Below, in pieces: positions 52,944 to 64,000 of a DNA stretch of 64,000 bases. Source of the stretch: Octopus vulgaris (taxonomy: Eukaryota). Each line of letters opens with the position of its first letter. The first letter of the stretch is position 1. The notes under the pieces were generated by a model. The model did not search any database. It was given only the letters and a program-made list of their open reading frames with translations, and was not told where the DNA came from. Position numbers and translations under genes: made by a program. The stretch lies in the NCBI GenBank assembly GCA_951406725.2, contig OX597838.1:21638001-21702000 (forward strand), given 5' to 3'.

Positions 52944-53222
52944 GTACATTATTTACATTATTTACATTATTTACATTCGGCGGATATTTGTCCTCATCTT
53001 GTTTGTTGTTAACACAACGTTTTGGCTGAAATACCCGCCAGCCTTCATCAACAACAACAACAACATCAAAATACCTTAGGAATGAGAATCCAGGCTCGAA
53101 ATTTCCTCAATGCACCTGATGAAGGCTGGAGGGTATATCAGCCGAAACGTTGTGTCAACAGCAAACGGGATGAGGACAAACATCCGTCAAATGTAAATAA
53201 TGTAAATAATATAAATAATGTA
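52944..53222. mobile_element. PLE-type inverted repeat (~105-bp arms)
   Basis: 52944-53050 is the imperfect reverse complement of 53117-53222, with a (tgtaaataa)n tail. Confidence 0.75.
53112..53155 (+). ncRNA. Minimal type I hammerhead ribozyme motif
   Basis: gcac-CTGATGA-a-ggctg-gagggtatat-cagcc-GAAA-cg-TT-gtgt. Confidence 0.75.
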
Positions 53223-53382
53223 GTTCTTTTCATGTATAAAGGTGAACGTGTTGCTTATTTTCTGGGGGTTTTTTTGTGTACGTGTGGATTTGTGTGTGTG
53301 AGAAAGGATAAAAATATGAAACGAGGAACCCAAGACGAAAAATTTACCATATTTTCTTCACTGATACACATACATATGTATA

Positions 53383-53431
<49 letters not shown>

Positions 53432-54656
53432 ACACACACACACACACACTCACTCACACACACACACAAAGATTCACGACAGTTTTCCCAAGGCACAGAG
53501 TTAAATTTTCTTTTGGCTTCTAATAAGGATTAGCAATTAGCCTATCTCTCTCCCACTGGCTGCTGCTGGTAGCGTGGGGAGAGCGTTTGGCGTACGAGAT
53601 TAGGAAACTGAGCGCAGCGGCGGCGGCGACGGCGGTGGCGGCGATGGTGGTGGTGGTGATGGTGGTGATGGTGGTGGTGGTGGTGGTGGTGGTGGTGGTG
53701 GTGGTGGTGGTGGTGGTGGTGGTGGCGGTGGTGGTGGTGGTGGTGGTGGTGGTGGTGGTGGTGATGGTGGTGGTGGTGGTGGTGGTGGTGGTGGTGGTGG
53801 TGGTGATGGTGGTGGTGGTGGTGGTGGTGGTGGTGGTGGTGGTGGTGGCGGTGGTGATGGTGGTGGTTGAGTAAACCAGTTGTTACCGGGTGGTTTGAAA
53901 TAACTGGGGGATCGGGATGGGGTGGAGTGTGGCTAACAAGTTTATTGCAATAGAAATGTGTAGATTTGTATGTTTATACACACATAAATACATACATTAC
54001 GTTAAATACGTACATATATACACACACACATACATACATATAAATATATACTTACATATACACAACAACGCACACTAACATGCATATGGATAGATAGATA
54101 GACTGATGGATAGATATGTACATGTGTGTATGTAAATAGATATATGTACATACAAAAATACACATGCACACACACATATATACATATATACACACACATA
54201 CACGTAAATATATATATATACATACATACATACATGCACAAATACATACATACATACATACATACATACATACATACATACATACATACATACATACATA
54301 CACACATACATACATACATACATACATACATACATACATACACAATACATACATACATACACACATACATACACACATACATACATACACAAATACATAC
54401 ATACATACACACACACATACATACATACATACATGCACAAATACATACATACATACATACATACATACATACATACACACATACATACATACATACATAC
54501 ATACATACATACACAAATACATACATACATACACACATACATACACACATACATACATACACAAATACATACATACATACACACACACATACATACATAC
54601 ATACATACATGCACAAATACATACATACATACATACATACATACATACATACATAC

Positions 54657-55598
54657 ATAAATGGCAATTTCTGTCTCTTTGTGGCTGTGTCTGTGAATTT
54701 CTTACTTCCTCCGAGAGTATCCAACCAATCTTGATCACACTTTACACGTGTGAGGGTTATATACCCATGTGGTTACTTACGCACTTGGAATTTCAAAAAA
54801 AATCAATCATTTATCAACAGCATCGATTTTTCGAAAATCAATAGGACATTTCAATGCCAATTCTCATATGAATGTTATTTTCTGCCTTAAATTTTAAAGT
54901 TTTCAACCGATTTTCTCGAAATTTTATGCACAAAAGGGAATATACGCTAAGGATGGGTTGAAACAAATCAGTTTTTACTTAAGCCACTCAAGTAAAGCGT
55001 AAGATGATTTTTGATTAACCGATTAACAAGATTTGGCTTAAATTGTTGTGGGGTTAAAATGATCAGCAATTATTTTAGCATTCTCAGGTTGATGTAACAT
55101 GTATTCTCTTAACACTTGCACTTAAAATTATCGATTCTAAACGTTGCAACGTTGTGTGCTGAAACATGTAACAGGCATCCCATTAACACCTGTAGTTAAA
55201 ATTGTCGGTTCTAACCGTTGCAATCGATATTTGATTCTCACGATCAGTGGAACTATACCCATGAAACACAGTCGTCAAATTAAGTGCCTTTTCTCTAAAT
55301 AATTTTTTGCTTACTTTACAAACTTTTATATATTTTTTTTTCATAGCACTCCTTTACAATTCCCTTCTTGGTGTTTCCATTGATTATATATTTGCAGCTT
55401 TCACTCATCTGACCAAACGTTTGTCATTTTCCGATTCCACACGTATGTATTTGTATTATTGTTTCGTGAATGAATTCGCTTACGCCTTCTATTATGTGTC
55501 CTATGTCTTGATTTCAGTTTTCATCTGCGAGAAATTAGGCATTGCAATGGGTACTAGAAATATGCCCGCTCCCGGGTATTACCGGGTTCCTCAGCTAA
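54657..55598 (+). mobile_element. Old non-autonomous Helitron
   Basis: 3' hairpin cccgg-gtatta-ccggg followed by CTAA|T (CTRR). The 5' end is obscured by microsatellite. Confidence 0.5.
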
Positions 55599-55711
55599 TA
55601 TATATATATATATACAGACATACACATGCACGCATATATACAGACACGCACACAATCATATATATGTATACGTATATGCATATACACGCACATATACATA
55701 TATATATATAT

Positions 55712-55756
<45 letters not shown>

Positions 55757-55927
55757 CATACATACACACACACATACACACATATAAATATATGTATTTA
55801 TATATGGATATATATATATATATATATATATACAGACAGACATACACATGCACGCATATACACACACACACACACAATCATATATATGTATACGTATATG
55901 CATATACACGCACATATACATATATAC

Positions 55928-55972
<45 letters not shown>

Positions 55973-56038
55973 CATACACACACATACATATATATACATA
56001 CACACACATACATATATATACATACATACAAACACACA

Positions 56039-56096
<58 letters not shown>

Positions 56097-56430
56097 AACG
56101 TACATGCATACATACCCGGAGTGTGGCGTGCAGCAGGGTAGCTGGATGTGATGCTGTGGCAATTGTTTTTTAAGCTATCATCACAGAGAATACGTACAGA
56201 TGCAAAAAAGTATGGGCACTTAGGAAAACGGTAAGCAATGAGGGTGAAAGAGGGCAATACGGGGAGGGGTCTAGGGTAGAAGATAAGAGGAGGCTGGAGA
56301 ATGCTTTGGGGGAGTCAATGAGACAGTAGAGGTTGTGTCAACGTTGGGGCTGACGCTTCTTTGTTGTATGAAGCGAACGGACGCTGGGGTGCGTACGCAT
56401 GCACGCTGAAGTACAAACATTCACGCACAT

Positions 56431-56478
<48 letters not shown>

Positions 56479-56744
56479 ATATGTGAAATTGCATAAGTAT
56501 ATTAATGTGCTAAAAAAATAAACACATTTCCACGTGCGTGTGTTTGTGACAAAGTGTCTGTGTGTGTACGTATAACTGTATGTGTATATGTAGTTATACA
56601 TATCTACACGTGTGTGTACAGAGATGCATACATACATACATATATACATATACATACATACATACATACATGCATACATACACACACACATACACATACA
56701 CACACACACACATACATACATACATACATACATACATACATACA

Positions 56745-56780
<36 letters not shown>

Positions 56781-56865
56781 TATATGTCAGTTAGTTAATT
56801 TTTTGGCTCAAACAGCAAAACGCAAGGCCATGTAGGGGGACATGGAGTTATGTACAGGGTGGTGT

Positions 56866-57307
56866 TCATGTAAAGAGTTCAGGCCACTTGTGGTCAAGGG
56901 AGACTTTGAACCGAGCGGTCGTCGGCATCTTCACTATCTCGCCCGGCAGCTTATTCCACGGATCCGCAACCCGGACGGAGAAAGCCCCTCTCCTTCGATT
57001 GAGATGAAATCGTCGCAGATAGAGCTTTTCGGAGTGACCCCGCAGCCGACGCTCTGGAGCAGGAGTGAAGAACAGCTCTTTCGAGAGGTTACACTTTCCG
57101 CTTATGATGTTGTGAGCAAGAATGGGATCACCACGGGGTCGTCGTTTTTCTAGAGAATAAAGGTCGAGCGTCTTCAGCCTTTCTTCATAAGACAAATTCT
57201 TGAGACCAAGAACCATGCGGGTAGCCAGCTTCTGGACTCTTTCGAGATGCTGTATGTCTTTGAGGAGATAAGGAGAAGAGGCTTGAATCCCGTACTCCAA
57301 TATGAGT
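56866..57307 (-). pseudogene. CR1-clade LINE ORF2 C-terminal fragment
   Basis: LEY....SPYL.KDI..LERVQK.ATRMV.GLK.LSYEERLK.L.LYSLEKRR.RGD...RGH..KL...FS.RV...WNKLP...FK..LD. Confidence 0.9.
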
Positions 57308-57323
57308 CTATATATATATATTT

Positions 57324-57470
57324 CGCAAGAGTGGCTGTGTGGTGAAAATCGTGCTTCCGAACCACATTGTTCCGGGTTCAGTCCCACTGTGTGACATCTT
57401 GGGCAAGTGTCTTCTACTGTAACCTCAGGCTGACCAAAGCCTTGTGAGTGAAAGAAGACCATCGTCTATG
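57324..57470 (+). mobile_element. SINE family A head
   Basis: Match to other copies. Confidence 0.75.
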
Positions 57471-57570
<100 letters not shown>

Positions 57571-57571
57571 C

Positions 57572-57606
<35 letters not shown>

Positions 57607-57635
57607 CATACATATACATATACATATATATATAA

Positions 57636-57684
<49 letters not shown>

Positions 57685-57885
57685 GGAAAGAGAACAGCGG
57701 CAGCGTTCCCGGAAAATTATAGTTATCGCCATACTAATATGGCATTCTTATAAAAATAAGAATAAAGCTGTCCGCTTATTAGCTCCATGAGGCCATCGCC
57801 TTAAGTTAGCTATTTGATACACAATCTGTATTCCATATAACCTTCGAACAAGGGAGGTCAGTCGCTCCACACTACTTGACCGGCA

Positions 57886-57927
57886 GCTACAGACGCGTTT
57901 CGGGGTATTGCCCCTTTTCAATGCAGC
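57886..57927 (-). ncRNA. Type I hammerhead, U3-A8 core variant
   Basis: Minus strand: gctgca-TTGAAAA-gggg-caata-cccc-GAAA-cgcg-TC-tgtagc, GUC triplet. Confidence 0.75.
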
Positions 57928-57965
57928 GTAGCCAGCCAGTATGTGTCGCTTCCGACAATCGCTGT

Positions 57966-58440
57966 TGATTTGCTCAGGGAACTCACAGATTTAAGGGACC
58001 AATTCTGATCTGTGTACATTGTCGCTTGCTGTCAATAAATGAATACCATAGGGCCCAGGGCACTGATTTGCTGAGGGACCTCACAGATTTAAGGGACCAA
58101 TTCTGATCTGTGTAAATTGTTCCTTGCTGTCAATAAATGAATACTATAGGGCCCAGGGCACTGATTTGCTCAAGCACCTGACGGATTTAAAGGGTCAGTT
58201 CTGATCTGTGTATGTTGTCCCTTGCTGTCAATAAAAATATACTATAGGGCCCAGAGCATTGATTTGCTCTGGGACTTCACGGTTCCAGGGCCTCGATTCT
58301 GTTCTACGTATGCTGTAGCTTGTTGTCATTAAATTGATTTGCACAGGGACCTCATGGGTTTGGGAGCCCAGTTCTACTCTATGTATTCTTTGCCGCGCTG
58401 TCAATAAATAAGTGTTATAGGGTTCAGTGCATTGACTTAT
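57966..58440. repeat. 98-bp tandem repeat, ~5 diverging copies
   Basis: tgatttg recurs at 57966, 58064, 58162 and 58260, followed by a shortened unit. Confidence 0.85.
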
Positions 58441-58767
58441 CTGCGGGGAACGGGGCTATAATGTTGCTAAGAGGCCCTAGCTACCGGTTTTGGTGCACAG
58501 TGTCGATGTATATAGGGGCATTGGGTCTACACAGTATATCTAATATATAAGACCTTAGGTTCACACCTCGTCGCTTTACTAACTGTTAGAGGCTTACCTG
58601 GGGTTAAATAACAATACTCACAATGCAATCATCGCCTCTATCATTTTAACCTCCACCAATTTAATCACTGTTGGCACCGCCGCCACTAACACTATCATCA
58701 CCAGAATCGCCTCATCGCATTCACCACCAAAACCACCACCACCACCACCACCACCACAACCACAACC

Positions 58768-58802
<35 letters not shown>

Positions 58803-61233
58803 ATCCTCCTCCCCCATCGCTACAATGGCTTCCATTATCACAATCGTCTCTGCATCCACCGTCGCCATCACTGCTACGATCGTAGTCGACACCACCCCAC
58901 CCACACCAACACTACAACCAGCACGACCATTTCGACCACCACGATCATATACAGCTACCCATACTCCTACCCAAACAACCTCCACCTCCATGACTAACCG
59001 CAAACACTACCACCCGCACTCCCACGATCAACCCCCCACCACAACTAACCTATCATCTCCACCACAACCACAACCACAACCACCACAACCACCTCCACCA
59101 CCACTACTAATATCACCATCAACACCACCACCTCCACCACCACTACTAATATCACCATCATCTCTACCACTAACACAACTACAACCACGACCCTAACCAA
59201 CTCCCAACCAATCTAGTCACCATTGGATTATCTATGACTCCTTCTCTTAGGGATCCCACCGTTAATCCCCAAATCCTTAATTGATTACATTGACTGAGGA
59301 TGACGGGGTTAGGTCGCACTCTTTCGCCCCAACTTTCACTCACTCTTTCTTCCTGTTTCTTGAGTAACGCTGCAATGGGCTGGCGTCCCGTCCAGCTGGG
59401 GGGAATACATACGCTATAGAAACCAGGAAACCGGGTCCATGAGCTTGGCTAGGCTTGAAAAGGGCGCATAAAAAAATATAATACATAATTAATATAATTC
59501 AACATGCTTCCAACAACTGAAACATGTTCTCTCATGGCCGGCCTATACAAGTGGACGTGTTGAAGACAACATAAAGATAATTGAAAGAAGTATCTATAAA
59601 ACTAGTTTTTAAACTTCGAATGGTTATGGGGGTCGACCAGAATAAAATAGTAATCAAAGGGGTCCATACATAAAAATAATTATAGTTGAGAACCGTTGGT
59701 GTAGAAGGAGGGTTGAACCCATGGCCTTTGTGAGACCTTTGGCACTGTTGAGGCTGATATCATTAATGTTTCACTTTAAAGATTGCTGGAAAGACAAATG
59801 TAGAGAGAGAGAGTTGAGTTCCAGAGGGGCCAACGTTCTAGGGAGAAACAATAACTTGCAGAGCAGTGGTTAGTGAATGGCTTGGAGCGGCTATAGCAGT
59901 TGTTGAAGGTTCTATTGCTGTCGTTGTTGTTGTTTGTGGTGATGGTGGTACAGAAGGACTCAATATGGGTATTGAAAGGAGGACAGACGAGTGAACGGAG
60001 AGAGGGCCTCAAATGGGGGTTTTGTCACGGGATAGGCGACTCCGAGAAACAAAAGATGATATAGTAGCAGTGGAAAAGTTAGTGAGATGACACATCACAT
60101 CTGTAAGCTAGAGCTTGGAGTGTTGTTGTTGTCATCGTTGCAGCTATTGATGTTGTAGTTATTGTCTATTTTGTTGCTGCTATCTTTGTTGTTATTGTTA
60201 TTGTTATTGTCATTGTTGGTGGCCTTGTTATTTTTGCTTTGTTCTTGTTATTCATTTTCTTTGTTCGTGCTTGCTTTTGTATTTATTTATTTATTTATTT
60301 ATTATTGTTTTCTTTAATGCAAATTACTTTGATCTTCATCTCAGCTAATTTTTTTTAATATATATATACTCAAATGTATAAATAAATAAACGCTGCTTTT
60401 CCTTAAAAACACACACACGCCCTTACATCAGCATAGTTATTTGTTAACCTCTCCCTAGATAAACACACAAATACAAGAGGGGCGTATATTTCAATCTGCT
60501 AGCTGGGCGCTGCACAACAACCCGCTAACAAAAAGAATGATAATTTTTCTTTATAATATTCATAATTCTGTTGTTGCAGTTATCATAAAGCAATCTCTGT
60601 CGCTAATTTGTTCCCAGATCTAATAAAACATATTCAGAAACAAAGATAAGACAGATTGAAGTTGTATTTTGTAGTTTAAGAAAAAATAGCTTCAAATGTG
60701 TTTGAATGTTTTTCAATAAGAATGTCACAGTAGGAGGTTCAGCACGGGAAGAGCTTATAGTATGCGATAACCACCACGGTAAGTTTATGCTTACATACCT
60801 TACATTACATACATGCTTTCATAAAATGTTACATGCTCTATACAGGCATAAAGGCACACGTTAGATATATTAATACATACAATGATACATGCATGCATTG
60901 CCTACATAAATAATACATACATACATATATACGTACGTACATGCATACATTGCTTGCATATATACATGCGTGAATGCATATATTGCCTACATACATACAT
61001 GCATACATTGTTTATATGCATGCATACATTGCCTACATACATACGTGCATGCATTGCCTATATACATACACACATACATGCATACATTGCCAAAATAATG
61101 TACACATGCATACACACATACAAGCATACATTGTCAGTATACGTACGTACATACATGCATACATAGAAGCATACATTGCCTACATACATACATACAAACA
61201 TGCATACAGTGCATACACACATACATACATACA

Positions 61234-61265
<32 letters not shown>

Positions 61266-61397
61266 AACATGCATACATCGCATACACGCACACATATACA
61301 TACATACATACATACATACATACATACATACACATACATATAAACATGCATACATCGCATACACGCACACATATACATACATACATACATACATACA

Positions 61398-61425
<28 letters not shown>

Positions 61426-61428
<3 letters not shown>

Positions 61429-61745
61429 TGTTTTGGACAGCCAGGGAAAAGTATGTACTTTCATAGACGTCAGCTGTCCTGCTAATGTGAATAACGCTTT
61501 GGCAAGTCAAAGAAAACAGAATGACCAGGAACAACTGTTTCGGAACCTCCGGCTTTTATATCCAGATTATAAATTCCCATTTATACCAAACACTAATTCT
61601 TGTTCTTGGTTTTGTGTGTAAATGCCTAAGTGACAATTTGGATAAGCTGGGCTTTTCAGAAAAACTATTCAACTGACGAAGTCGCACATTACACAATGCA
61701 GTCTGTAAGTGGAACGGTGAAAATATGCGACACTTTCCTCAAGGA
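61426..61745 (+). pseudogene. R4/Dong-type LINE restriction-like endonuclease remnant
   Basis: IVLD...VCTFIDVSCPANV...LFRNLRLLYPDYKFPFIP...SGTVKIC.TFLK. A further piece lies at 62455-62575. Confidence 0.6.
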
Positions 61746-61878
61746 CATGATTTTTATTATCTACATTCCAACGATGCAGCATTGTGTCGTTGTTAGAAAA
61801 CAATTCCTTCTTCAGGGGAGGAATTTGAATAATGAAAAACAGATGAGAACACACACCCATTCATACATGCATACTTAC

Positions 61879-61918
<40 letters not shown>

Positions 61919-62082
61919 TTATATATGCATGCATACGTACGTACGTACGAACGTACATACACATATATAAAAAAACATGCATTCATACAAAAATACACAG
62001 AGATATACATGAATACATACACTACACACTTTACATACATACACGCACATACATACCTACATAAGTACAAACTTACATGCAT

Positions 62083-62135
<53 letters not shown>

Positions 62136-62718
62136 ATATATATATATATACACATATACATACATAAATGCATATATACACTCACATACATAAACACATA
62201 CACAAATACATACATATATGAATACATGCATACATACATACACTCACATTCATACATACATAATACACCCACATGCACACATACACATACATACATGCAT
62301 TCATATATACATACACCCCTATACATATAAACATATATATACATACACACATGCATACATACATACACCCACATGCATACATACACATACATCCATACAT
62401 AAATAGATACACACAGCCCTATAAATACATACATGCATACATACATACTTATCTAAAAATAATTAGTGCGCTTGGTTTTGTGAATAAATGCGTTAAGTGA
62501 CAATTTGGTAAACCTGGTGTTACAATCTGTAAGCGGAACAGTTAACATATGGAAGACTTTTCTAAAATTCAATACTATACGCAGAAAGCTTTATCCTCAT
62601 AGCAAAACAGATACATTAGACAAAGAGGATTAGTAGAATACCATCTGCGTTCCAAGTTCACAGCTGGGGCTGGAGTTAGGGATCCGTAGTAGGAAAAAAG
62701 ACATGCATATACATACAT

Positions 62719-62763
<45 letters not shown>

Positions 62764-62817
62764 CATACATACATACATACATACATACATACATACATAC
62801 ATAATATATATATATAT

Positions 62818-63250
62818 CTCTTATTATAAAAGGCAATTTTATCTGCCTCCCTTTGGGAGTTATACAAATCTACAATATAGGATTTCTTCAATTACAATTT
62901 ACCTAGCATTTTTAACAGTACAATGCATCGCGTCATGCCAGGTCCAGTTTTTAAAATTTAAACTCCAATTAAGCAAAATTTACAGAAAACTCACATTTTG
63001 GTGTGTGTGTCAAATGCTTTTCTTAGTCTGGTTTACACCACACGCAAACGCACACACACAGTGGGCAACGAATAAAATGAAAGTAAATAGCGACAGAGTG
63101 ATTTGAGGAAGACTAAACTGAAAGTATTCTGTCTATGACGCTGATAGATACATGAGTAAAATGTATGGGAAGCTAAGAGCTAAGAGTGAGTGAAAATGTT
63201 CTTGGAAGAGAGTAAATAGCGAGAGAGAGAGTGATTTGACGAAGACTTTA
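62818..63250 (+). mobile_element. Helitron 5' fragment (same family as 48472)
   Basis: tcttattataaaaggcaattttatctgcctccc... is near identical to 48472-48740. Confidence 0.75.
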
Positions 63251-63326
63251 CATTAAATAACCGTAGTGGCTTGTGTTAGTAATAAAGTAAACATACACTC
63301 ATACATACATACATACATACATACAT

Positions 63327-63359
<33 letters not shown>

Positions 63360-63644
63360 TACATACACACACACATACATACATACACACATACATACAT
63401 ACATACATATACATACATACATATACAATCATACATACACACACACACATACACACACACACAGTATTGAAGCTTGAGAACAATCAGATACATTTGCAAC
63501 ACATCTGTTGAAAATATTATTGTTCACACACATACATATACATATATACATACAGACAGACAGACAGATAGACACACACACACACACATGATCCAGCATG
63601 GCCACAACCTCAAGGCTGAAACATATAAAAGAATAACAGAATAT

Positions 63645-64000
63645 AAATGTGTGCAAAGTACAAGAAATATTAATGCAGTATATGGGGATTGGACAATAAG
63701 CGTAAGGCAGTGTCAATGGTGGTTCCAGAAATCCCGAGCCATAAACTACAGCCTAGAAGACGAGCCTCATCCTGAAAGATCTGTAGAACTCGACAAGGAC
63801 ATCCTGAAAACCCTGGTGGAACAAAATATCATCGTAACTGTTGAGGAACTAGCAGAGAAGCTTGGATTTGGTCATTCAACCATTCATTGACACCTGTGTG
63901 CTATCGGAAAAGTCAGCAAATTGGGTCAATGGGTTCCTCACGAACTTTCCGAGTCTAATTGCATGCAGAGAGTGAATGTATGCTTTTCTTTGCTGTCACA
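63645..64000 (+). pseudogene. Mariner transposase N-terminal fragment running off the window
   Basis: RNINAVYG..TIS.RQCQ.WFQK...SLEDEP...ELAEKLGFGHSTIH*HL..IGKV.KLGQWVPHEL. Confidence 0.85.

Noticed and set aside
59770-60050. Possible Neptune-type PLE remnant (RTLAPLELN on the - strand)
   Set aside because: Too degraded to call without an alignment.

Overview
This is eukaryotic, microsatellite-saturated non-coding DNA. The (TA)n, (CA)n, (TACA)n, (TAA)n, (GGT)n and (GAA)n tracts and the tRNA-derived SINE families suggest an octopus-type cephalopod genome, which is an inference. No host protein-coding gene can be recognised, and almost all listed ORFs are microsatellite artefacts. The real coding remnants are all transposon-derived: a 5'-truncated Penelope-like element (PLE) with an uninterrupted GIY-YIG endonuclease ORF (29514-30590, -), a tandemly amplified PLE N-terminal piece, a Helitron Pif1 helicase fragment, CR1-, L2-, RTE- and R4-type LINE fragments, and mariner remnants. 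About 25 SINE copies from four families and several MITEs/Helitrons are also present. The most striking signal is about 14 minimal type I hammerhead ribozyme motifs from about 10 sequence families. They sit in short PLE-type terminal-repeat fragments, often as long inverted repeats and mostly inside (TA)n tracts. They include compensated U3-A8 core variants (two unrelated families, one with stem II covariation between copies), a U4C variant, and palindromic stem III sequences that imply dimeric cleavage. All structures were folded by eye and ribozyme activity is untested.
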